Shown here piece by piece: positions 36,204-45,761 of a DNA stretch of 64,000 bases. A program made the position numbers and the translations under genes. Under the pieces are notes generated by a model. That model was not told the origin of the DNA. It did no database searches and saw only the letters and a list, made by a program, of their open reading frames with translations. Positions within the stretch are counted from its first letter, which is position 1. Each line of letters begins with the position of its first letter. Location of the stretch: assembly GCA_963773065.1 (NCBI GenBank), contig CAVYZN010000014.1:1-64000 (forward strand), read 5' to 3'. This DNA is from an uncultured Gammaproteobacteria bacterium (GTDB lineage Bacteria; Pseudomonadota; Gammaproteobacteria; UBA9214).

Positions 36204-37832
36204 CTAAGCCGGCATAGCCGGAACCAAACAGGAAGAGGTATTGTACGCACGGGCTAAGCGGTGGTGGCGACGATGACACAGGCGTTGGTGGAACGGTACG
36301 CAGATCGGTTGCATGGGGTGCTCTCCTGTTACGACCGCATCGTGATGACGGGCACGTTGCCGGGGGCCTGCTATGCGCAGGGCATGACGGCGTTTTTGTA
36401 CGCGAGGGGCATTCGGATTTTCGACTATCCCCGGTTTGCCGAGCCCTTGCGCGAGGCGCTCCGCGAGCGCGCGCAGGAGCTGGCGCAGTCGGCGGGGATC
36501 GAGATCGAGCATATCGCCAAAGCCCACATCCGCAAGGAAGATGTGGTCGCCAAGGTGCTTGAGCGGCGCGGCGATCATCCGGGTCTGGTGCACATCATTT
36601 CGGCGATGGAAGCCTGTCAAAGCTACAAGCCCTGGCATGACAAGGCGAGCGGCAAGACCTACCTCAAGCCCGATACGGGCAAATGCCTGCACTACTATTT
36701 TTACTTCATCGACCCGCTCGTCGGCCTGTGTTACCTGCGGGTGCCGACTTGGTGCCCGTTCAAATTGCAGTTCTATTGCAACGGCCATGGTTGGCTGGCG
36801 CAGAAGCTTAAAACCCGGCGCATCGGCTTTACCCAGGTGGACAATGCCTTTGTGCGCCTGGATGACTTCGCGCGCGCGCAACAGTTGGCCGATGGCTTCA
36901 AGCCCGAGCAACTGCACCGCATCCTGGATCGTTACGCGCGCCAGTGCTGCCCGGTGCACAAGAGCTTCGGGCAAGGCTATCACTGGAGCCTGCTGCAGGT
37001 GGAGTACGCTACCGATCTGGTGTTCCGCTCCCAAGAGATGCTGGCGCCCCTGTATGAACAGCTCTCCCGCCAGGCGGTGCTGGGGGTGAAGGCCGAACAG
37101 ATTGCCACCTTTCTCGGCAAGAAGATCACCCCGCCGCTGGCGCAGGAGATCGGCAACCGCTTTGCCACCCGCATCGAAGGGACCTGCATCAAACATCGCC
37201 TGGGCAAGGTTCAGGTGAAGATGTACGACAAATACGCCCGTGTGCTGCGCATCGAAACCACCGTCAACGACGTCTCCTTCTTCAAGCACCACCGCAAGGT
37301 GGAACATCGAGATAGACCCAGCACGCGGCAACTGGCGCCGCTGAAGAAATCCATCTACAGCCTGATCGATCTGCGCCAGATCCTCCTGGGATGCAATCGC
37401 CGCTACCTGGAGTATCTGTCCGCGCTGGACGATCACAGCGCCGGACAGCGCGCGCTCTCGCGCCTGACCGACGAGCGGTGCGAGAGCGACCGGCCGATCA
37501 AGGGCCTGAACTTCTTCAAGCGCACCGAGCAGCAACTGCTGCGGGCACTGCAACGTCCGCAGTTCAATATCCACGGTCTGCGGCGCGCCGATCTGATGGC
37601 TTTGCTGCCCCACGCCTCGGCGGCTGCGCTCTCGCGAGAGCTGAAACGGCTGCTTGCCCTCGGCGTGATCAAACGGGTCACCGGAACTTATCGTTACTAC
37701 CTCACGCGCTTGGGGCGCGCCGCCATCGCCGCCGCCTGCTCGCTCACGGAATTCAGTATCGTTCCCGCTTTGGCCACTGCAAAGTAACAAACTCTTCGCC
37801 ATTTCTGTCAACAGTAAAGTCATAAGAGACTA
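36204..37832 (+). mobile_element. Insertion element without terminal inverted repeats, copy 2
   Basis: Duplicate of 26425-28053; CTA at 36204-36206 and 37830-37832. Confidence 0.9.
36261..37787 (+). CDS. Putative transposase, 508 aa (copy 2)
   Basis: Same protein as copy 1 except LDDH versus LDNH. Confidence 0.75.
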   Translation: MVATMTQALVERYADRLHGVLSCYDRIVMTGTLPGACYAQGMTAFLYARGIRIFDYPRFAEPLREALRERAQELAQSAGIEIEHIAKAHIRKEDVVAKVLERRGDHPGLVHIISAMEACQSYKPWHDKASGKTYLKPDTGKCLHYYFYFIDPLVGLCYLRVPTWCPFKLQFYCNGHGWLAQKLKTRRIGFTQVDNAFVRLDDFARAQQLADGFKPEQLHRILDRYARQCCPVHKSFGQGYHWSLLQVEYATDLVFRSQEMLAPLYEQLSRQAVLGVKAEQIATFLGKKITPPLAQEIGNRFATRIEGTCIKHRLGKVQVKMYDKYARVLRIETTVNDVSFFKHHRKVEHRDRPSTRQLAPLKKSIYSLIDLRQILLGCNRRYLEYLSALDDHSAGQRALSRLTDERCESDRPIKGLNFFKRTEQQLLRALQRPQFNIHGLRRADLMALLPHASAAALSRELKRLLALGVIKRVTGTYRYYLTRLGRAAIAAACSLTEFSIVPALATAK

Positions 37833-38025
37833 AATTTGAATGTCCACAGCGCATTCGAGACCTCCCCAAGAACATAGGGCATGTCGCATTAGGGTCGACT
37901 CCCGCCCATTAGCCGATCCGAATACAAGCACTGACTAAACTTCCGGAGTCGGCCATTCCTGGTCGTACAGGCCACAAATGCTAATGTCCCGATTTAGGGA
38001 TTCTCGAAGAAGTCATCATATTTTA

Positions 38026-38152
38026 CAGGAGGTACGTTTGAAGCTTGGGAAGCTACAGTTCTACCATTGAACTACACCCGCTTAATTCTTTGTGCACAAG
38101 AGTTTACCGAACTGCCAGGGTGAATGTCACCACCCCAGGGTAGAGGAATGGT
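38026..38152 (-). repeat. 127-bp inverted repeat, left copy
   Basis: Reverse complement of 42917-43043 with one mismatch. Confidence 0.95.
38042..38081 (-). pseudogene. 5' half of tRNA-Gly(CCC), not a complete tRNA
   Basis: GCGGGTGTAGTTCAATGGTAGAACTGTAGCTTCCCAAGCT: acceptor 5' strand, D-arm and CCC anticodon loop; no T-arm follows. Confidence 0.85.
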
Positions 38153-38316
38153 ATCAGGGGGTAGAAACGGGCAAAGGTCATCATCAGCAAATCGATTGCC
38201 CGGTCGTCTGAGGGCATGCCATGTAGTCGTTTAGACGTTCACCCCTTCTCTGATGGAAAACGTACGAACGTCTCTACTTTTAGAGAACCGATATCGCCAC
38301 TTTAAACATCAAACGG

Positions 38317-38340
38317 AAACGGCGACCGAAGCCGCCGTTT
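38317..38340 (-). terminator. Intrinsic terminator after the cohesin-like gene
   Basis: AAACGGCG-ACCGAAGC-CGCCGTTT hairpin about 20 bp past the stop. Confidence 0.7.
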
Positions 38341-38362
38341 CTGTTAAATCAAATCTTAATCG

Positions 38363-38944
38363 TCACGCTGCTCTTTTGCGTCTTGATATCCCGAGCAAAC
38401 TCAGCAGGCCGGAACTAAACAACCAAACTGCAGCAGGAATGGGTATAGCACTTATATTCACCGTACCTTCAAGCAGCGTTGGGGTAATCTGTGCTGTGGC
38501 GCTGAAAAATTGCGAACTCCCCAGGATCGTGAGGCTTGGGCTACCTGCAGACGCTGCGGTCAGAGTCATCGTGGCAATAGTAAAAGTCCCGGTGGCCGGA
38601 TCATTGACAAAGGTGTCGAAGCCGATACCCGGCCAGGTATTACCAACGGCCGGCCCACCCCCATCAGGCAGAAAGTCGAAAAGGGCGCTATTAACAGCCA
38701 CCGATACGACTGTGAGCAATGTACTGTCAAACCCAAGATCAATCACACCGCCGGCCAGTTCCGTGAAATTGCTGCCGACAATGTCCACGGTAAACGTGTC
38801 GCCCATTGTGACCGCTTTGAGATCCGGATTGAAACCCACCGTGGTGGCCAATGCCACTCCGTTGCAGCTGAGTAACAATGCAGCCGCACCCAGTGCGCGT
38901 AGCAGTCTGGCGGTCGTTGTTTCAAGTACTCGTATTATGTTCAT
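38363..38944 (-). CDS. Cohesin-like domain protein with VPLPA/PEP-CTERM-type sorting signal
   Basis: Signal peptide; VTMGDTFTVDIV..LAGGVIDLGFDSTLLTVVSV...GTFTIATMTLTAASAGSPSLTI; C-terminal IPIPAAVWLFSSGLLSLLGISRRKR. Confidence 0.75.
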   Translation of the reverse strand: MNIIRVLETTTARLLRALGAAALLLSCNGVALATTVGFNPDLKAVTMGDTFTVDIVGSNFTELAGGVIDLGFDSTLLTVVSVAVNSALFDFLPDGGGPAVGNTWPGIGFDTFVNDPATGTFTIATMTLTAASAGSPSLTILGSSQFFSATAQITPTLLEGTVNISAIPIPAAVWLFSSGLLSLLGISRRKRAA

Positions 38945-39079
38945 TTTGTTCTCCGTAATCAGGTATTGGTTATGTATTGGTTATGTGTTATTGCTGAATT
39001 GCATGCGGTCATCAATCATGACTGTCCCGCTTCGTTGCAGCCCTTCCGGAAGGGTAAACCATTTTCTTCTTGAGCCGCG

Positions 39080-42000
39080 CTAGAACGACCCGCAGCACGA
39101 TGGTCCCGGTGGTTGGCGGTACAGCCCCTTGAGAATATTCAGATCCAGCGTGTTGATCACCCGTCCCCGTTAAAGTCCGAATTGGCAGTGTAGTTGGCAT
39201 CACCCACGGCTGAACGGTATGCAAGCTTGAGCAGGTTCAGATCCAGCGTGTTGGTCGCGCCATCATTATTTAAATCGCCATCGCAAATATTGCCATAGCC
39301 ATCGCCATCCGTGTCACGTTGATCGGGGTTTGGAACGTTGATGCAGTTGTCGGAGGCGTCTGGCACACCGTCACCATCGGCATCAGGAAGTGGAGTTGTC
39401 ACCGGTGTCATCACAATTTTGGCTCTTTTGAATTCCGAGTGGGTTAACGCGCCACATGTGGGTTGAGTTTGGAGAAGTCGAGTTTGCCGGCGATCAGGAA
39501 AATCACAGTACGGATCGTGCTGAACCGACCGTAGCCGCGCGCTTTGCGCTTGGCGGACTGGAACAGCCCGTTCAGTGCCTCCAGGAAACCATTGGTCTGA
39601 CGGGTCTGCGCCCAGGCAATGATGCTCTCGAAATGGTTGCGGATCAGTTTGGCAACTTCCTTCATGGGTTCGACTTTGGAGCGCATGACATTGGTACACC
39701 ACTGCCAGAGCATGGCGGCGACCACGTTGATCTGTTTGCGATCGAGGATCTCGCCGCAACTGCTCACGGTACACCCACGCTCGGGCGGTCCGCTTCGTGG
39801 TGAGTTTGGCGAGCAGGTTGTCGACTTCCGCGCGGGCGGTGTCGCTGAGAGTTCCGTAATTGCGCAGCAGCTTCCAGCGCAACCCCTTGAGGCCGGGCGT
39901 GGTTTTCTGCTCGATGCGCCGGGTCTCGTCCAGGGCCCTGGAGGCGTGGGCGATCACATGGAACTTGTCGAAGGTGATCCGGGCATTGGGAAGACTCTCG
40001 GCGCAGCCCTTGATGAAGGCCGGCGACATGTCGATGCTGACCGAGTCGATGGCATCAATGTCGGCACCATGGGCCCGGATATCCTCGGCCAGCCGCCGGA
40101 TCGCCTCGGCCTCACGGCCTTCGGTGACGAACAGCACCGCGCGGCGCTCGGCGTCGGCGGCCAGGGTGACATAGTCGTGGCCGCGGGCTCGCGAGGTCTC
40201 GTCGATGGCCAGGCGGGTGACCTCGGAGAAGTTGGCCTCGGCCAGCGCGAGATCGACATAGCGCCCGCAAATCGCCGCCACCCGATGCCAGCTCTCGCCG
40301 GTGAGACGTGCCACCGCCGCAAACGGCATCTCGCGCGCCAACATCAGCACAAGTGCCTCAAAGAGCAGCGTGAAGCCCGAGAGCTTCCCGGTCCAGCCCG
40401 GCTCGACCTGGCGCACCGCGCCACCAGGCAGCTTCACGCGGGGTACGCGGACCTCCAGGTAGCACTCGTGCTGGAAGAAATTGAGGTGCCGATAACGCTT
40501 GCTGACCGTATCGTGCACCGGATGGACGCCAGTCTCACCAGCCACAGCGAACCGGCTACCAGCAGTGAAGTCGATGCCTACGGTCAGAGTCTTTGCCGTC
40601 GCGTCCAAGTCAACGGATGTCACATGCCACGGCTCGGCAATGCCCAGGGCTGTTTCAAAAAGCCTGTCGTTCATCCTGATCCTATCGATTATCAGTAGGT
40701 GCGCCTAGAATACGGCTAGCCATCAGATTTCAAAAAGAGGCACAATTTTACCGGTGGTTGAGGAGGCGACAAAACTGAGCCCAGTAACAAACGCAGTCGG
40801 ATTACTGGGATCCAGCATCGCGTCCTCTTCAATGCCTCTCAGGCTAAAGCGACTGACACCATTGGGTACTCCCAGATCATCCACGAAACTGAATAATTGC
40901 CCCCCGGAAATCTTGATACCGGAATCGACATAAATACCTTGAGCATCGTCAAATAGATACAAATCATAAATGCCATCGCCAATACCTGGCGGCGGTTCGA
41001 CTGCGGCGAAATTCGGCGCTCCATCCTCCGCAGAAAAGTCGTAACCCGTCGCGCTAGCAGGGTCGAACCAAACCAGTACGGGCACCGAGTTTCCTCCCGG
41101 TCCGGGCACCGCAATTCCTGCTCTGCGGCAAGGCGACCACTTATTTGAGCATGGGAAATAAAAATTGGGATTGCTCGTTGTCGGCGGGTCCGGTAGAAGT
41201 GGGTTTTCCGGTGTGCTCCCCGGTGCATCCGCACGAATAATCGCCCCAACGGCACCGCCTCCTGTGGTTTGGTAATCCGCATAAAATGCGATTTGGCCCG
41301 CGTCATTGATTGCGTGTGACGAGAGGTTAACTCTTGCAATCGTTTCACTGCTTGTACTGCCATCCGGCAACGTGACGGGTATGGTATCTCCAACCTTAAC
41401 CACACTATTGGCCGCGGGATCGGGACCCGTAAAAATCCCATCTGGAAACACAGGACTGTTCGTAACGGCCGCCTCAAAAGCTACGACGCCGAGGTTGTTG
41501 ATCGAACTTTTCCATATGTGGGTATAGCCGGATCCGGAGGGAACCCGCGTGTCAGTTGCCGTGCCGTCACTTACTTGAAGGACATAGTCATCCAAGAGTC
41601 CTGAACCAAAGCCGTAAGCCACCTGCCCCAGATCATTAATACTGGGCGTTTCTACCCCCACGGCAAGAAGCGATTGGCTAACAGGTATCGTGGTGTTATT
41701 CACAACCTTATAAACTCTCTTATCATCTGCTCCACTACCCGTCGAGGTGGTGAGGCCAACCGTCGCGAGATCGCCGTTGCCATTAGTCGAGAACTCTGAT
41801 GCCACCACCTGGGTAAGTGTCCCCAGCGGTGTAACATCTCCCGGTCCCATTAACCGGCTGATAGCGGTACCGTCATATTTATATACCGCCTCTGCGCCCG
41901 TCGTTAAGATACCCCTGAAATAGACAGCGTTTGACTCATCGATATCGACCGCAGCACCGAGTACAGCAAACTCGGGGTTTGAAGTGGTGCTCAGCAGGCT

Positions 42001-42378
42001 ACTCGGTTCCAATTGTAAGCCGCCCTTGATCAGTTCCGAGCCAAGACCGAATAAAGGGCCAGTTTGGTTAGAAACAACGGAATTGCCGGATGCATTGAGA
42101 TTGAGGTCTTGGGTTGCGACGTTGAGATTCAGCATCAGAGACCGGTTTGTGAAGCCATCGCCGACCCCTACTACTGTCCAGGTACCTTCGACATAGTCAA
42201 CCCACCCGCTGTTGTTGATTGCCGGATTAGCCCGCATCAGGCCAGGACCGGACACGATTTGCCTGTACTTATACGTATTGTCCGCCGCGGTCGATGCTCC
42301 ATTTGGGCCCAGCAAAAGTGATGCGAAAAGAATCTGCCCCACCGCACATCTGGCGCGCCAACGTAGTATTATCATCAT
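39080..42378 (-). pseudogene. Secreted NxxGxxAF-repeat protein with C-terminal TSP3 repeat and dockerin-like domain, split by ISL3
   Basis: INDLGQVAY, INNLGVVAF, INDAGQIAF repeats; removing the ISL3 joins TTGKIV to MTPVTTPLPDADGDGVPDASDNC...DLNNDGATNTLDLNLLK...DFNGDG(V)INTLDLNILK. Confidence 0.82.
39421..40741 (-). mobile_element. ISL3-family element (transposase 39444-40674, one frameshift)
   Basis: Ends GGCTCTTTTGAA / GCCTCTTTTTGAA; 8-bp target duplication ACAATTTT; AIDETS, IDMSPAF, FDKFHVI, TNGFLEALN. Confidence 0.93.
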
Positions 42379-42728
42379 GTTGTCCTCCCTAGGTGTTTTT
42401 TTGAAATCGCGCAATTGCTTTCATTTGCTTATTTCTTGTGCGCGATGTGTAAACAAGCACGTATGTTCCCATGACGTGAGACGAGGGACGAGGGACGGCC
42501 TTGCTAGCCCCAGGTCATGAACGTATTCTTTTGATTCGGTAACCCCTCCTGGCTCCAATTCTTGTTCTTAGCGTTACAAAGTTAACCGTTGGGATTTATA
42601 CAGCACCCGCCAGTCTGGTCTTCTTACTGAAGGAATTAGAGAGTGGGACGGGTTATTTCGCAATGATTAAGTACTGCGCAATAAAAAAGCAACAGAAATT
42701 TTGCTGACATGACGTAGCTGAAAACGAT

Positions 42729-42746
42729 ATACGTAGAAATACGTAT
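42729..42746. promoter_or_regulatory. Palindromic putative operator upstream of the dockerin-protein gene
   Basis: ATACGTA-GAAA-TACGTAT, perfect 7-4-7 inverted repeat in an AT-rich upstream region. Confidence 0.4.
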
Positions 42747-42916
42747 TAACCAGGAATGGTCGAAAAGGTCATAGCCTGTCATTGATCTTCATCACCCCCT
42801 ACTGTTCCTCCCACAATAACCGATATCTAACACCTGCGTAATCATCGTACCCACCCTCAGCCAGCTACAATCCAAAATATCGGGTGGCACAGTCGGCACC
42901 CCCATCACCGACCAAC

Positions 42917-43043
42917 ACCATTCCTCTACCCTGGGGTGGTGACATTCACCCTCGCAGTTCGGTAAACTCTTGTGCACAAAGAATTAAGCGGGTGTAGTTC
43001 AATGGTAGAACTGTAGCTTCCCAAGCTTCAAACGTACCTCCTG
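42917..43043 (+). repeat. 127-bp inverted repeat, right copy
   Basis: Contains GTGACA-18 bp-TAAACT putative promoter, the palindrome TTGTGCACAA and the tRNA-Gly 5' half. Confidence 0.95.
42988..43027 (+). pseudogene. 5' half of tRNA-Gly(CCC), not a complete tRNA
   Basis: Same 40 nt as the left copy; continues TCAAACGTACCTCCTG instead of a T-arm. Confidence 0.85.
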
Positions 43044-43225
43044 CATATCTCCAAACCGGACATTTACTTGCCGTAGCCAGGTGGCTGAGATGGGTCGCTT
43101 TAGGACGTTGCCTGTCAAATCAAGTCTGAAACAATATACCTTTGTCGCTCTGCCGCTGCACGGTGAGAAATGCCGGTGAGGCTCATCGGTCCATGGTGCG
43201 GAGGGCCCGACCCGCACCCGCCGGC

Positions 43226-43672
43226 TCATGGCAAGGCCAGGCGCTCGGCCAGGAATGCCAGCGCGGCCTCCAGGTTAAGCGCCGCCCGCTGGCTCAACTC
43301 CTCCCCCAACTCAAACTCGTATCCGCGGATCGCGAGGACGTAAGCCGGCGGCGCGGCCTGCCCGTAATGGCGCTCATAGGCCGCCAGTACGGCCGGGGGT
43401 GTGAGGGCATGGGAGGAATAACTCTGGTCCGCCAGCGCGGTGATGGGCGCGAATTGAAACGCTTCCTCGCCGGACACGCTGGCGTCGATGAACAGCACTT
43501 CCTCCCGCTCCGCCATATCCAGCAGGTATTCCACCTGCAACTGGAAGTCGGTGAGGAGTTCCACGTCCGGCAGCTTCAGGGCCTCCAGGCGTTCGATGGC
43601 CCGGGGACCCAGCGCATCGTCGCCGCGGCTGGGGTTGCCGATGCCGATGATCAGACGGCTTGCGCGGGTCAA
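43226..43672 (-). CDS. hoxW: Hydrogenase maturation protease
   Basis: IIGIGNPSRGDDALG, FIDAS, SSHALTP. Confidence 0.88.
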   Translation of the reverse strand: MTRASRLIIGIGNPSRGDDALGPRAIERLEALKLPDVELLTDFQLQVEYLLDMAEREEVLFIDASVSGEEAFQFAPITALADQSYSSHALTPPAVLAAYERHYGQAAPPAYVLAIRGYEFELGEELSQRAALNLEAALAFLAERLALP

Positions 43673-43694
43673 CGCAAACCCCCCTTCCGGCGAA

Positions 43695-45161
43695 TCAGTT
43701 GTCCCGGCTGATGGTGTCGAGGCGGCCGCCGTCGGCGTCGAGCAATTCCACGATCAGCGGCATTTTCCCCAGCGCGTGGGTGGCGCAGGAGAGGCAGGGG
43801 TCGAAGGCGCGCACCGCCACCTCGATGTGGTTGAGCAGGCCCTCGTTGAGCTTGCGCCCGTCCAGGTGCTGCCGGGCGACCGCTCGGATGGCCTCGTTCA
43901 TCGCCTGGTTGTTGTGGGTGGTGGAGACGATGAGGTTGGCGCGCTCTACCAGGTCGTCTTCGTTGACCCGATAGTGATGGATGAGCGTGCCCCGGGGGGC
44001 CTCGATCATGCCCACGCCCCGCTCCTGGCGGGTGCCGCTCGTCACCAGGTCCTCACCCATGAGGTCATCGTCGTGGAGCAGTTCCTTGATCATCTCGGCG
44101 GCGTGCAGCATCTCGATCATGCGCGCCCAGTGATTGCCGAGGGTGGCGCCGCTGGCGCTGCCCGCATCGAAGGCGAGGAATTCCCGACGTTCCCGCTCGG
44201 CGAACGGCGTGTCGATGAAATCGCATTGCGTCACCCGGGTCAGGGGCCCCACCCGGTACCAGCCCTGCTCCGGCCCCAGGCTGCGGAAGAAGGGGAATTT
44301 CATGTACGACCAGGACTTCACTTCCTCGAAGATGTAGTCCCAGTAATGATCGTATTCCACGTGGTCGAACAGGGTGTGGCCATCCCGGTCCCGGGCGCGC
44401 AGGCCGCCGTGGTAGAGGTCCATGGCGCCGTCGGCGCGGATCAGGCTGAGGGTGTGGGCGCTAAAGCGGCCGAAGCTGGTGTAGAGCGCCAGGTTCTGCT
44501 CGAACAGGCGCCGCGCCAACTGCACCGCGTCCCGGCTCCAGGCGATGATCTGGTAGATGTCCGCGAGCAGGAAGTCGCGTTCTTCCCGGGACAGGTTCTT
44601 GTTTATCCCGCCGGGGATGGCGCTGGTGCCGTGAATCCGCTTGCCGGCGGTGACGCGGATCACCTCCTGGCCGAACTTGCGCAGCAGCACGCCCTGCCGG
44701 GCGATGTCGGGGTAGGCGGCGGCGACACCGACGAGATTGCGTCTGGCCACGTCGGAATCGAAGCCGAACAGCAGGTCCGGGGAGGACAGGTGGAAGAAAT
44801 GCAGGGCGTGGGATTGCAGGATTTGCCCGTAATGCATGAGCCGGCGCAGCTTTTCCGCCGTGGGCGTGAGCTGCGTCGCGCCGACGATCTGGTCCATGGC
44901 CTTGGATGCGGCCAGGTGGTGGGACACCGGGCAGATGCCGCACAGGCGCTGCACCATGACCGGAATCTCCCAGAACGGCCGGCCCTGGACGAATTTCTCG
45001 AAGCCGCGGAATTCGACGATATGCAGCCGGGCCTGCTGGACGCGGTCGTATTCATCCAGCAGCAGGGTGACTTTGCCATGGCCCTCGACCCGGGACAGGG
45101 GTTCGATGGCCACCCGGCGTAAATTTTCCGGATGGGCGGCGGTTTCCAGTTCAAGGCTCAT
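43695..45161 (-). CDS. hoxH: NAD-reducing [NiFe] hydrogenase large subunit (group 3d)
   Basis: [17 protein letters not shown] (L1), [10 protein letters not shown] (L2). Confidence 0.95.
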   Translation of the reverse strand: MSLELETAAHPENLRRVAIEPLSRVEGHGKVTLLLDEYDRVQQARLHIVEFRGFEKFVQGRPFWEIPVMVQRLCGICPVSHHLAASKAMDQIVGATQLTPTAEKLRRLMHYGQILQSHALHFFHLSSPDLLFGFDSDVARRNLVGVAAAYPDIARQGVLLRKFGQEVIRVTAGKRIHGTSAIPGGINKNLSREERDFLLADIYQIIAWSRDAVQLARRLFEQNLALYTSFGRFSAHTLSLIRADGAMDLYHGGLRARDRDGHTLFDHVEYDHYWDYIFEEVKSWSYMKFPFFRSLGPEQGWYRVGPLTRVTQCDFIDTPFAERERREFLAFDAGSASGATLGNHWARMIEMLHAAEMIKELLHDDDLMGEDLVTSGTRQERGVGMIEAPRGTLIHHYRVNEDDLVERANLIVSTTHNNQAMNEAIRAVARQHLDGRKLNEGLLNHIEVAVRAFDPCLSCATHALGKMPLIVELLDADGGRLDTISRDN

Positions 45162-45197
45162 TGCGATTACCTGTGAGAGTGTCCTCGGCCATGCCGT

Positions 45198-45761
45198 TCA
45201 GTCGTAGGAGATCAGCCCGTGCCCCAGCCTGGGCGTGTGCCCGGCGAGCAGATCGGTGAGGAAAGACCAGATGGCGTCGGCGGACGGGGGGCAACCGGGA
45301 ATGAAATAATCCACCTTCACCACCTCGTGCAGCGGGCGCACCTTGTCCAGGGGCAGGGGCAGTTCCGGGTCGTTGGGGATGAGGCCGTTCTCCAGGCCGG
45401 GTTCGGTGAGATAGACCTCCGAGAGGCAGTCGGCCAGGTCCAGGTGATTGCGCTGGGCGGGCAGCCCGCCGGTGATGGCGCAGGCGCCGATGGCCACCAG
45501 GATCTTGCAGTTCTTCCTGAATTCCCGCAGCACGCGCACATTCTCCGCGTTGCAGATGCCGCCCTCGACGATGCCGATGTCGCAGAGGCCGCAGTGCTTG
45601 ATGTCGGTTAAGGGGCTGCGATCGAACTCCACCAGCTCCAGCAGGGTGAACAGGCGTTCATCGATGTCGAGCAACGACATGTGGCAACCGAAACAGCCCG
45701 CCAGGGAAGTGGTGGCCACCCGCCATTTTTTCGTTACCGGGGGAGAGGAGGCAGCACCCAT
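45198..45761 (-). CDS. hoxY: NAD-reducing hydrogenase small subunit
   Basis: SLAGCFGCHMS, GACAITGG, IPGCPP. Confidence 0.92.
   Translation of the reverse strand: MGAASSPPVTKKWRVATTSLAGCFGCHMSLLDIDERLFTLLELVEFDRSPLTDIKHCGLCDIGIVEGGICNAENVRVLREFRKNCKILVAIGACAITGGLPAQRNHLDLADCLSEVYLTEPGLENGLIPNDPELPLPLDKVRPLHEVVKVDYFIPGCPPSADAIWSFLTDLLAGHTPRLGHGLISYD

Noticed and set aside
26425-37832. Composite transposon formed by the two CTA elements
   Set aside because: Copy 1 has both of its own original flanks (pAgo is continuous across it), so the copies inserted independently
39157-40674. 505-aa ORF that looks like a transposase-dockerin fusion
   Set aside because: Artefact of a frameshift near 39755 reading through the ISL3 end into the interrupted host gene
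42988-43060. Functional tRNA-Gly gene
   Set aside because: No TTCGA T-loop and no 3' acceptor strand in either copy
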